64,000 nt of DNA from an uncultured Candidatus Rokubacteria bacterium (GTDB taxonomy: Bacteria; Methylomirabilota; Methylomirabilia; Rokubacteriales; DASRDR01): assembly GCA_963804185.1 (NCBI GenBank), contig CAWDPM010000015.1, positions 8,253 through 72,252 on the forward strand, given 5' to 3'. The notes beneath the pieces are model-generated. The model ran no database searches and was not told the origin of the DNA. It worked only from the letters and a program-made list of their open reading frames with translations. The first letter of the stretch is position 1. The number at the start of each line of letters is the position of its first letter. Below are positions 29,751-38,874 of this stretch, piece by piece. The position numbers and the translations under genes were made by a program.

Positions 29751-30110
29751 CTATCGTGCTTTCGCCGCCGCGACCTTCAAGCCGATCGTCTTGATGACCT
29801 CGTCGAGCGTGCCGGTATAGGTCTCGTTCAGAACCTCGGTACCTGCGCCTTCATAGGCCAGGCGTCGCTCCGGCGATGCCTTGTTCAGCAGCTCGGCAAC
29901 TTGCTTCAGGGTTGCGCCGTTCAGACAGACTTTCACCTCTGTGGACCCCCTCAGCTTGAACGCGTGCTCGCTCTTGGCCGCGTCGCTGTTGAGATCGACG
30001 ACCATCCGCGCCAGCATCGCGGGCGCGTCGACCCAGCACACCGAACAATCCGAATAGCAGATGATCGCGCAGGGGCTATCGACCGATACACCGCACACTG
30101 AGCAGCCCAT
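29751..30110 (-). CDS. Small Cys-rich hypothetical protein, 119 aa, possible metal-binding
   Basis: MGCSVCGVSVDSPCAIICYSDCSVCW... (C-x2-C-x8-C-x3-C-x3-C-x2-C) followed by a probably helical C-terminal half. A strong SD (AAGGAGG, plus-strand 30117-30123) lies 6 nt upstream of the ATG. GC is lower than its surroundings. Confidence 0.5.
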   Translation of the reverse strand: MGCSVCGVSVDSPCAIICYSDCSVCWVDAPAMLARMVVDLNSDAAKSEHAFKLRGSTEVKVCLNGATLKQVAELLNKASPERRLAYEGAGTEVLNETYTGTLDEVIKTIGLKVAAAKAR

Positions 30111-30588
30111 GGGAGGCCTCCTTTGACGTCGCAAAGGGCAAGCCTAGCACATGGCGGTTCTGGGGGATGGCGCAACGCGAATCGCGTTGTCAGCGCGGTT
30201 AACCATGCGGCCGACGTTATCAATCAGCGCTTCCGCGCCGCACCCCAGGCCGCTACGCCCGCCAGGAAGGCGGACGCTACGGCATTCCATCCCGCGAAGG
30301 ACAGGCCGAGGAACCGCAAGGCGGCCTCGTCGCAGCGGATCACCTGCGCGTTGGCGAGTTGCTCGGCGACGCTGAGCGCGCCGAGATCGGTTGCGGCGCC
30401 GGCCGCGCAGGTGTACGGCCCGAGCCACCATTTCCGTGCAGGACCCGGCCGTCGTGCGGACCCTCCTCGCCCAGGGCGGGCGCGCGCGCGCCCCGGCGGC
30501 GCCCGGCCCCGCCCCGGCCGCGATCGGGTAGCCTCGCCGCTCGGCCAGACCCGCGCGGGGTCCCGCTCGCCGGGGCCCGGCCCCGCCC

Positions 30589-30987
30589 GTGCGTCGCCTG
30601 ACCGATGCGGTCGATGGGTTCCTGGCAAGCCACCAGGTTCTCATCTGCGATCGCGACAGCAAGTGGACGGACGCATTCCGCCGTATCGTCCAAGGCGCGG
30701 GCGTGCGGATCGTGCTGACGCCGGTCCAGGCGCCGAATGCCAACGCCTACGCGGAGCGCTTCGTGCGCTCGATCCGCGAGGAGTGTCTCAATCGCCTCAT
30801 CCTGTTCGGGGAGCGTCGGCTGCTTCGCGCCCTCGACGAGTTCGTGGCGCACTACCACGGAGAGCGGAACCATCAAGGGCTCGGGAATGAGCTGATCACC
30901 TCGGCAGCCGCTTGCGCTGGCGGGACCCGCGTTCGCTGCCGGGACCGGCTGGGGGTGCTGTTACGGTACTACCACCGCGCCGCCTGA
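30589..30987 (+). pseudogene. C-terminal fragment of an rve-family transposase
   Basis: ...LICDRDSKWTDAFRRIVQGAGVRIVLTPVQAPNANAYAERFVRSIREECLNRLILFGERRLLRALDEFVAHYHGERNHQGLGN... The DDE third residue and the downstream region are present; the N-terminal two thirds are missing. Confidence 0.55.
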
Positions 30988-31344
30988 GCCCGAGCATGGA
31001 TGAGTTTTCGGACACTACGGGCTAGGCTTGCCCGGCGAGAACGCCGTTCGGGACCTCAGTGAGGAAATGCCACGTTTCGCGGGAGCAACAGATCGGCATC
31101 AACGACGTTGCCGGTCTTGACGAGGGTCTGGTATCGATCGCGACCACGGCACTCTGGCCGTGGAACGTGGACCCATACGTCATGTAACCGAGTACGGCAT
31201 AAGGAGCCGTCCGTCGCCAAAAGGTCGTCCGACTCGCTCGGGATCGTCTGGAATCCGCGTGCCACGGCCGCGAGTCGAGCTTGACATAGGGCGACCGGTA
31301 TCCTCAAAATCGCGGCTCGTGCATGGTCACACCGGACTCGCGAT

Positions 31345-32534
31345 GGATGAGCGAGAGCGGACAGGCGACGCTGGTCAGGCACATTCAGCTCAGGCACGTT
31401 CAGCGGCGCAGAAGAGCGAGGATGCGGAACTACGCCGCCTGGCGAAGGTAGCGGTGATGCAGGCCGCCGACTTCGGGAACCTGCACGATCTTCCCCGCCG
31501 TGGGGAGCTCGATCGGCCTGAGGTCGGGTGCGTCCTTGTCGAGCGCGAGGTGGGTACGCGCCTGATGGTAGTAGGCGAAGTAGCGGGTCAGGATGCGGTG
31601 GAGGTGTCGCTCGCCGAGCACGAGCACGTGATTCAGACACTCGTGCCGGATCGATCCGATCAAGCGCTCGGCGAAGGGATTCTGCCACGGGCTGTGCGGT
31701 GCCGTGAGGACTTCGTCAATCCGCATGCTCTTCACTCGGTAGCGAAACTGCTCGCCAAACACCTGGTCACGATCGCGCAGGAGATAGGCCGGCGTGGACT
31801 CGTCCGGGAAGGCGTCCACGATCTGCTGAGCGGTCCAGGCCGCGGTGGGATGTTCGGTGATGTTGAAGCGGACGATCCGCCGGCGATGGTGAGCGAGCAC
31901 GACGAGAACGAAGAGGACACGCAAGCGGGCGGTGGGCACGGTGAAGAAGTCGATCGACACCAAGTCCGGGACATGGTTAGCGAGGAACGTCCGCCAGGTC
32001 TGAGAAGGTCCGGGTCGACGCTTCGGCATGAGGCGGGAGACGGTGCGCTCGGCGACGTCGATGCCGAGCTTCAGGAGCTCGCCATGGATGCGCGGGGCGC
32101 CCCACAAGGGATTCGCCGCGGCCATCTTTCTGACGAGGGCAGCGATCTCGGCGCGGATGGGTGGGCGGCCTCCGGTGGGCCGGCCCGAGAGCTGGGTCCA
32201 GTACTCGCGGAAGCGGCGGCGCTGCCATCGTAGGACGGTGTCGGGCGAGACGATGACCAGAGCCTGTCTCCAGCTGGTCCAGACTCTTGCCAGCCCGACC
32301 CACAGCAGGCGGTCGACCGTGCAGAGCTTCGGGCGGGGCCGCGTTCGCTTGTAGACGGCGAGCTGTTGGCGCAGGGCCAGGTTCTCGAGGGCGAGCTGGC
32401 GATGGCCGCCGAAGAGGAAGGGAAGGAGCCGGAGCAAGTGGAGGAGGAGGGTGATCATCGAGCGGGAATTGTCTCTGGACCAGAGCCGAAAGATCAACCA
32501 CTTGATCGCCGGACAGGGTTGTGGCGAGGGACAG
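31345..32534 (-). mobile_element. Complete rve-family insertion sequence (~1.19 kb) with imperfect terminal inverted repeats
   Basis: The right end at 32523-32534 (CTGTCCCTCGCC on the minus strand) and the left end GCGAGAGCGGACAGG at ~31345-31360 are inverted-repeat related. The single transposase ORF fills the element. Confidence 0.6.
31430..32458 (-). CDS. IS transposase with an rve DDE integrase core and an N-terminal HTH
   Basis: MITLLLHLLRLLPFLFGGHRQLALENLALRQQLAVYKRTRPRP...PLWGAPRIHGELLKLGIDVAERTVSRLM...DFFTV...HSPWQNPFAERLIGSIRHECLNHV...VGGLHHRYLRQAA*. The ORF could extend to a GTG at 32578. Confidence 0.7.
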   Translation of the reverse strand: MITLLLHLLRLLPFLFGGHRQLALENLALRQQLAVYKRTRPRPKLCTVDRLLWVGLARVWTSWRQALVIVSPDTVLRWQRRRFREYWTQLSGRPTGGRPPIRAEIAALVRKMAAANPLWGAPRIHGELLKLGIDVAERTVSRLMPKRRPGPSQTWRTFLANHVPDLVSIDFFTVPTARLRVLFVLVVLAHHRRRIVRFNITEHPTAAWTAQQIVDAFPDESTPAYLLRDRDQVFGEQFRYRVKSMRIDEVLTAPHSPWQNPFAERLIGSIRHECLNHVLVLGERHLHRILTRYFAYYHQARTHLALDKDAPDLRPIELPTAGKIVQVPEVGGLHHRYLRQAA

Positions 32535-32630
32535 GGGGGCATCACCCGCCACGTCGTCCATGTTGGTCGTGGATCCACGCCGGTGACTCGTACGGGCTAT
32601 CGCCGGGAGCAAGAGTCCGACTCCGGAGAC

Positions 32631-32639
32631 GAGGAGGAG
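32631..32639 (+). promoter_or_regulatory. Shine-Dalgarno site (GAGGAGGAG) 8 nt upstream of the 32647 ATG
   Basis: gaggaggagtgaagtcATG. Confidence 0.55.
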
Positions 32640-32646
32640 TGAAGTC

Positions 32647-33330
32647 ATGCCAAGTGTCACGATGACACGCCGAGCCATATTGCGGACGGCAGTGGCGACC
32701 CTTGGGGTCTACAGCGTGACGGCTCGGAGGCTCGCCGGGGCGGCGGCACCTCCCGAGCTCGCATTGCCGGGGGGCACGCCCGAGGAGCGGTTCGACTTCG
32801 AGACCAAGGGCGTCGAGGGCTGGATTCGGGTGAACGGCCAGTGGGCGATCGAAGAGCATGAAGGGACGCCCAGTGGAAAGCGAGGGCTGATCCAACGTCT
32901 CACCAAGGACGAGTTCAACGTGATCGTGGCGCCCCCGGGGCCGTACATGGATCTCGACATCTCGATGAAGTTCAAGCCGATCTCGGGCCGGGAGGATGCG
33001 TCCGGCGGGATCGTCTTTCGCTTCGCCGACGGGAAGTACTACGTCGTCCGGGCGAATGCCCTGGAGGATAACTTCCGCCTCTACTACTACGACCGCGGCC
33101 GGCGCCAGCTCGCGAGCGCCCGGGTCAAGGCGCCGGCGCTCGGGCAGTGGCACACGGTGCGCGTCGTCGCGGTCGGCGATCACATCCAGGCCTGGCTCGA
33201 CGGCGCCCTATACCTCGACCATCGCGACGCGCGCTTCAACGCCGGCCGCGTGGGATTGTGGACCAAGGCGGACTCGGTCACCGCGTTCGACGACCTCACC
33301 ATTCGAGGCGTCCGGGGAGGTTCCTCATGA
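32647..33330 (+). CDS. Tat-secreted DUF1080-like protein (laminin-G/concanavalin-like fold; the family of 3-keto-disaccharide hydrolases)
   Basis: 227 aa; MPSVTMTRRAILRTAVATLGV twin-arginine signal; WIRVNGQWAIEE...GGIVFRFADGKYYVVRANALEDNFRLYYY...WHTVRVVAVGDHIQAWLDGALYLD, the typical PF06439 pattern. Confidence 0.7.
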   Translation: MPSVTMTRRAILRTAVATLGVYSVTARRLAGAAAPPELALPGGTPEERFDFETKGVEGWIRVNGQWAIEEHEGTPSGKRGLIQRLTKDEFNVIVAPPGPYMDLDISMKFKPISGREDASGGIVFRFADGKYYVVRANALEDNFRLYYYDRGRRQLASARVKAPALGQWHTVRVVAVGDHIQAWLDGALYLDHRDARFNAGRVGLWTKADSVTAFDDLTIRGVRGGSS

Positions 33331-33826
33331 CGCGGCTGATCGCTGCAGCCATCATCCTCGTTACGGGGCCCCTGCTCGGAGCGGTGTCCGCGCAGCCTGG
33401 CCCGGCCCCGACCCACCGAATCTACCTGTCTGCCGTCGAGTTCAAGGGGACAACGACACGCGACAAGCTGGCACCGCCGCCGCTGAATCCGGGCAATGCG
33501 TCTCGGGGATACGAATACAAGGGCCCTGGAGACGCAGATCCGAGCAATCCACAGCGGTGGGAAGTCGCGAGCTACCAGTTCGCTCCGGCCTGGGCCATCG
33601 TCCCGGAGGGGGCATCTGTGGTGATGAGCGTGTTCATCGTCAACGGCGACCACCACGAGTGACGCTGACCGCCCCGGACGGCCAGCTCCTCATCTCGAAG
33701 GTGACGTGGGAGCGCGGTCGGGAGTACGTGGTGTATTTCGTTGCGAGCCAGATCGGCGCTTACCGGCTGACCTGCAGGACACACGAGCCCACCATGACTG
33801 CGACAATCGCGGTCTTGCCCCGGTAA
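33327..33826 (+). CDS. Secreted cupredoxin-like (type-1 copper) protein, interrupted by a -1 frameshift at ~33658
   Basis: MTRLIAAAIILVTGPLLGAVSAQ signal; frame 1 ends ...VFIVNGDHHE*; overlapping frame 2 continues VTLTAPDGQLLISKVTWERGREYVVYFVASQIGAYRLTCRTHEPTMTATIAV, with Cys-x2-His-x3-Met copper ligands. The start overlaps the stop of the upstream gene (ATGA). Confidence 0.5.
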
Positions 33827-33863
33827 TAGGGACGAGGACGATGCGATACGAGAGGAGAACGCC

Positions 33864-34763
33864 ATGCTGCACATGGTTCGTCGATATGCGCTGACTGGCA
33901 TCACGTCGATGATGATGGCTACGGCCGCCTCTGGACAGCCTGCCGCCGAGTGGGCAGCCGTCGAACAGGCGCTCGGCTTTAAGGGCGCGGAGCAGCCCGG
34001 AGACGTGTTCCGCGTGGGCATGCCAAGGACTGACCTCAAGGTCACCGTCCAGGGCATCCCGGTCCGAGCGGGGTTTGCGCTCGGCTCGTATGCGGCCTTT
34101 CGGAGGATGGGCACAGAAACCATGGTCATGGGTGACCTCGTTCTGCTCGATCAGGAGGTGCCGGCGGTCATGTCCGGACTGCTTGCGGGCGGGCTCGACG
34201 TCACCGCCGTCCACAATCACCTCAACGAGATCTCGCCACACGTGATGTACATGCACTACGAAGGGCACGGCGAGGCGGTCCAGCTGGCAAAGGCCTTGCG
34301 CCAGGCGTTGTCCGCAAGCGGAACGCCGCTCGGCAGCAGCGCAGCGCCGGCCGTAGTCGGTGGGCCGACGCTCGACACGAAGCAGATCGAACAGGTACTG
34401 GGGCGCTCTGGGCGTGACATCGGCGCCGGTGTCTTTCAGGTCACCGTGCCACGGGCCGAGTCCATCACCGCCATGGGGATGCCCCTGTTGCCTGCGATGG
34501 GCGTGACGACGGTGATGAACTTCCAGCCCACGGCCGACGGGAAGGCGGCCATCACCGGCGATTTAGTGCTGATCGACAAGGAAGTGAATCCGGTGGCCCG
34601 CACGTTGCGGCAGCACGGCATCGACGTGACGGCCCTGCACAACCACGGGCTCCAGGACAGCCCGCGGCTGTTCTACATGCATTTCTGGGCGACCGACGAC
34701 CTGGTCAAGCTCACGCAGGGCCTGAGGGCCGCCCTGGATCAGACGAATAGCCAGAAGCCGTGA
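33864..34763 (+). CDS. Secreted tandem-repeat protein (two ~140-aa repeats; resembles the DUF1259 family)
   Basis: Signal MLHMVRRYALTGITSMMMATAASGQ. Repeat 1: ALGFKG...GDVFRVGMPRTDLKVTVQGIPV...MVMGDLVLLDQEVPAVMSGLLAGGLDVTAVHNHL...HVMYMHYEGHG. Repeat 2: VLGRSG...GVFQVTVPRAESITAMGMPL...GDLVLIDKEVNPVARTLRQHGIDVTALHNHG...RLFYMHFWA. Confidence 0.6.
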   Translation: MLHMVRRYALTGITSMMMATAASGQPAAEWAAVEQALGFKGAEQPGDVFRVGMPRTDLKVTVQGIPVRAGFALGSYAAFRRMGTETMVMGDLVLLDQEVPAVMSGLLAGGLDVTAVHNHLNEISPHVMYMHYEGHGEAVQLAKALRQALSASGTPLGSSAAPAVVGGPTLDTKQIEQVLGRSGRDIGAGVFQVTVPRAESITAMGMPLLPAMGVTTVMNFQPTADGKAAITGDLVLIDKEVNPVARTLRQHGIDVTALHNHGLQDSPRLFYMHFWATDDLVKLTQGLRAALDQTNSQKP

Positions 34764-34964
34764 AGAGTGCGGTGGGAACAGGAATCCCTTCCATTTGGTC
34801 GATCCAGGCACCTTGGAACCGGCTGCGGCCCTTGGGTACGACGGACACCCAGCGTGGATCACCTTGGGTCCGCGCGAAGCCACCGAGGAGTGGGTTCCAG
34901 CGCGCCGAGGCGCACGCACCGAACGGCGACCTCAACGTAGTCGGGACAGCACGCAGACAGGAGC

Positions 34965-35558
34965 TTACGCCGCTTGCCGACCGTAGCGATGATGGAGGCC
35001 GCCGACCATGGGCGTCTCGACGACCTGGCCTTCGTCGAGTCGCTCCACCGGTCTTGGCTCCTGGACATCTTTCGCCAGGGAGAGGTGTGTGCGGGCTCCG
35101 TGGTAGTAGATTAGGTACTCGCGCAGTAGGCGGCGCAGATGGATTTCGCTCAGCACCACGACGTGGTCGAGGCACTCGCGGCGGAGGGTGCCGATGAGCC
35201 GGTCCACGTAGGAATTCTGCCAAGGAGACCGAGGGCCCGCCTTGACTTCGCGCATCCCCAGGGATTGGACGCGGCTCGAGAACAGGACCCCGTACACCCG
35301 CATCGCGGTGGTGCCGCAGGTATCGCGGGGCCGTCTCCCAGGGCACGCCTCCACGAGCTGCTGGCCCGTCCAGTACGCCGCCGTGGGTGAGGCGCTCACA
35401 TTGAAGTGGACCACGCGTCGCCGCTCGCGCGCCAGGACCACGAAGACACACCCTGCAACTGTTGGGTTCAAACTGCCGAGCACCGCACGCGAAGAGTTGG
35501 TCAGCGGCCGCTGAACATGGGCGCGGTCGCGCTTACCTTTGACGTTCAACGTGTCCAT
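34965..35558 (-). pseudogene. C-terminal half (197 codons) of an rve-family transposase; the N-terminal half is missing
   Basis: ...HFNVSASPTAAYWTGQQ...SPWQNSYVDRLIGTLRRECLDHVVVLSEIHLRRLLREYLIYYHGARTHLSLAKD...VGGLHHRYGRQAA*. Confidence 0.6.
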
Positions 35559-35883
35559 CTCGAAGGGCGTGAGGTCATGAGTTAGCCACGGGCAGACCGC
35601 TGGAAGTCGTCGGTGCCCGAAGTGGCCGCGGACGGTTCCACCTGTGGGTTACGTGGGTCAGTTGGGGCCGGGAGCGCATCGCGCCCAAAGATCACCGCGC
35701 GCCATACCGTCGCGGGATCCGTGGGGGGAGCTTGCTCACCCCGCCGCTCACGCACGTGGCATGGACCTCAGGTGACCCGGGTTGTGGGGGCACAGCGGCC
35801 GAGCGAAATCACGAGGAGCGGTCCTCGCCGTGGACAGCCACTGGCGGTCGCTACATGTCCATCACGCCGCCCCTATACCGGCC

Positions 35884-36516
35884 TTACGGCTCCGCCGCAT
35901 GGGGGACGAGGAGGTTCACCTTGCGCGCAGCTAGGAAGCGCGCCTCGACATCGTCCCAGTTCCAGGTATTCCAGACCGCCTGGAAGAACGCCGTCTTCTG
36001 GTTCTTGTACTGGAGATAGTAGGCATGCTCCCAGGCATCGATCACGAGGAGGGCAATGCCGCCCTGGCTCAGGTTCGATTGGTGATCGTAGATCTGGCAG
36101 GTTAGGAGCCGCTGGGCGATCGGCTCGTACACTAGCGCGCCCCAGCCCGAACCCATCACCGTGGCCGAGACCTCCGTGAGCTGCGCCTTGAACGCCTCGA
36201 AGCCTCCGAAGTCGCGCTCGATCGTGCGCGCGAGCTCGCCCGTCGGCCGGTTGCCACCCTTGGGCTTCATGTTCTTCCAGAAGATCGAGTGCAGGACATG
36301 ACCGGAAAGGTTGAAGGCCAAGGCCTTCTCGAGACTCGCGATCCGGGAGAAGTCCTTCTTCTGACGAGCCTCGTCCATTTGCTCGAGCGTCTCGTTGGCC
36401 TTGTCCACGTAGGTCTTGTGGTGTTTCCCGTGGTGGAGCTCCATGATCTGGCCGGAGATGTGCGGTTCCAGGGCTCCGAAGTCGTAGTCCAGGTCCGGAA
36501 GGGCGTAGCGTGCCAT
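35884..36516 (-). CDS. sodA: Fe/Mn superoxide dismutase
   Basis: 210 aa; MARYALPDLDYDFGALEPHISGQIMELHHGKHH...DAWEHAYYLQYKN, the canonical metal ligands and motifs. Confidence 0.9.
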   Translation of the reverse strand: MARYALPDLDYDFGALEPHISGQIMELHHGKHHKTYVDKANETLEQMDEARQKKDFSRIASLEKALAFNLSGHVLHSIFWKNMKPKGGNRPTGELARTIERDFGGFEAFKAQLTEVSATVMGSGWGALVYEPIAQRLLTCQIYDHQSNLSQGGIALLVIDAWEHAYYLQYKNQKTAFFQAVWNTWNWDDVEARFLAARKVNLLVPHAAEP

Positions 36517-37034
36517 GGGAACCTCCTTGTGCCTCTCTTGGACTGTAGGCCGGCCTTCACGCCGCGGTCAAGGCGCGCATCCGTGCGTAGCCAGTCCTCG
36601 CATCGACGCCCGCGTTGGCGAGGACTCGCCGGGCGCATCCGGCCGAGCAGGCTCAGGCGGCCATCGTCCCATCCAATTCGCTCCCCGCTCCGGCTCTCTG
36701 AGCGACGATAAGGTCCAGGGGGTACGATGTGAACATGGCGGCAGTTCCACGTCGAGGTGGCGACGGCTCACCGGCGACGACGCGAACCAGCCGGCCGGCC
36801 GCCGGCAGCCGCGGGAAGCAGTGGTCCCAGCACGTCATGCGGACGAGTAGGGCACTAGATTGCGAATGGGGCGCGACAGGCCGGTGGCAAGCATTCCCAG
36901 CGCCAAGGGCGGCGCGATCAACTTCGCCGACGCGCGTCAGGCCTTTCTGGCAAGTGTTGAAGGCTTCTGGGCGCTTGTCTACTCGGCGATCATTGGAGTG
37001 GAGGACGAGCGCGGCGGGTCCGGCTCCGAGGCGG

Positions 37035-38222
37035 CTACGCGCGACAGCCCAGGTGACGAGCCAGCGCCACCGCGCCCGGATCGCCGGCCCGCGTGAGCCG
37101 GCCGAGAAGACGGAGCATCGCGGGTGTGTCCAGGTCCCGGTCAAGCATCCGAAGGGCGGCGCGCGGAATGATTGCGGACGAGCACTCCCGGCTTCCGAGA
37201 CGGTCGGCCAGCCGGTGAATCGCGACGGCCAGCGCGTCGGCCTTGGCCATCCGACGGGCGTCATGGTCGAAGGGACGCCGGTAGTGCTCGCCCAGCAGGT
37301 AGAGCCGAAGGCCGTCGGGGTGCGTCTCGCGCAACGCGTCGCGCACGAAGATCATGTTGCCTTTCGACTTGGACATCTTGTCTCCGTCGAGCCGCATGGG
37401 GGCCACGTGCACCCAGCACCGGACGAATGGCCGATCCCATGCCGCCTCGCTCTGCGCGAGCTCCGCCTCGTGATGCGGAAAGATGAGATCGGCCCCTCCC
37501 CCATGAACGTCCAGCGGCACGCCAAGGTAGCGTTGGGCCATCGCCGAGCACTCGAGGTGCCAGCCCGGTCGGCCGCGACCGAATGGGCTCGGAAAGGTGG
37601 GGCCAGTCGGGACCTGGCGCCAGAGGGCGAAATCCAGCGGGTGGCGCTTGCCAGGGTGCTCGAGTCGGGCGTCGTCCTGGGCGGCGAGGAGCGCCCGCAT
37701 TCGCGCGGGACGGAGCCGTGAGAGCTGCCCGTATCGCGGGAAGGTGCTCACGTCGTAGTAGATCCCGCCGCCGGGCACCGGGTAGGCATGCCCCTTCCGC
37801 ATGAGCCTTCGGGCCAGGGCGCACATGGCACGGATCTCGCGCGTCGCATGTGGCATGACATCGGGCGGGCGCCACCCGAGCGCCCGCATGTCGGCGAGGA
37901 AGCTGCGCTCCTGCCGCTTACCCAGTCCGCGCCATGACTCTCCGTCTCGAGCCGCCCTCTTCAAGATCGACTCGTCGATGTCCGTGACGTTCTGAACGTA
38001 GCGGGCGCGCCGTCCCGCCGCCTCGAGGTGGCGGATGAGCAGATCGAAGACGAGAAAGGTCCGTGCGTGGCCGAGGTGGGTCGTGTCGTACGGGGTGATG
38101 CCGCACACGTAGAGCGTGACCCGCCGCCGAGGCAGGCGAAAGGCGACAGGACGGCCGCGGCGGCTATCATAGAGCCTCAGCATGATGACTCCATCACCGA
38201 CACCGGATCCTTCCATGATCAC
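37035..38222 (-). CDS. Class I aminoacyl-tRNA-synthetase-like cysteine ligase: a CysS catalytic-domain paralog lacking the anticodon-binding domain (MshC-like)
   Basis: HIGH motif LYVCGITPYDTTHLGHARTF; WPSPFGRGRPGWHLECSAMA zinc/cysteine site; KMSKSKGN; LDRDLDTPAMLRLL. Length ~382-395 aa versus ~460+ for canonical CysS; colinear with mycothiol ligase MshC. The likely start is MLRLYDS at 38183. Confidence 0.7.
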   Translation of the reverse strand: MIMEGSGVGDGVIMLRLYDSRRGRPVAFRLPRRRVTLYVCGITPYDTTHLGHARTFLVFDLLIRHLEAAGRRARYVQNVTDIDESILKRAARDGESWRGLGKRQERSFLADMRALGWRPPDVMPHATREIRAMCALARRLMRKGHAYPVPGGGIYYDVSTFPRYGQLSRLRPARMRALLAAQDDARLEHPGKRHPLDFALWRQVPTGPTFPSPFGRGRPGWHLECSAMAQRYLGVPLDVHGGGADLIFPHHEAELAQSEAAWDRPFVRCWVHVAPMRLDGDKMSKSKGNMIFVRDALRETHPDGLRLYLLGEHYRRPFDHDARRMAKADALAVAIHRLADRLGSRECSSAIIPRAALRMLDRDLDTPAMLRLLGRLTRAGDPGAVALARHLGCRA

Positions 38223-38874
38223 TCTGGTCCGGCTTCTCGGCCATGGATATCTTCCGAGCTTCCACGCGCTCTACGTGCCGCGGTGTGGGCTTGATCACCC
38301 TCGCCACCGCGGTTGTGCTCGGCAGGTTCGGCTCCGCACGGCCGTGGTGGCCCAGCCGAGGGCCAGATGATTCAGGGGCCGAGTGCCTCAGCCTACGATC
38401 CGACAGACGCCCACCGCACGATCCGGCGAGTCCTTGACCCATTCGACCACGGCGCGGTAGCCTATCCAGCACCCCAGCGACAGGAAAAGGACGGGCCACG
38501 ACACGGCGGAATGTTTTCTCGGGAATTCGCGCGAGCAGGAACGGCTCGCGCGTGCGTCGACTCGTTCGCTGAATCGGATTACGACCTCGTGCGGGGCGTC
38601 GGACAGCATGGCATTCGGCGCGGGATCACTCGTTCGGCAGGAGCGCGCGGTAGTCCTCGCGGAGGCCCGCCCTCACCACGCGGGTGGGCGACCGTCACCT
38701 CTCGGCCGGGCCGCCGCCACGGACGTCTGCGCCACCCTCGTCCCGCGGCCCCGTCAATGCTCAGTACTCCGGGCACGCCGTGTCCTCATCGCTCTCCCCG
38801 TGGGGAACGCAGTCCCCCGCCCGCCTGTGAGGGCGAGCCCTACCAATGGGGTTGAGGCAGCTTCCGATCGAGGG

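Noticed and set aside
30123-30890. 255-aa plus-strand ORF and overlapping minus-strand ORFs between the Cys-rich gene and the transposase fragment
   Set aside because: They have extreme Arg/Pro/Ala composition. Both strands give equally long ORFs, which is characteristic of non-coding high-GC sequence.
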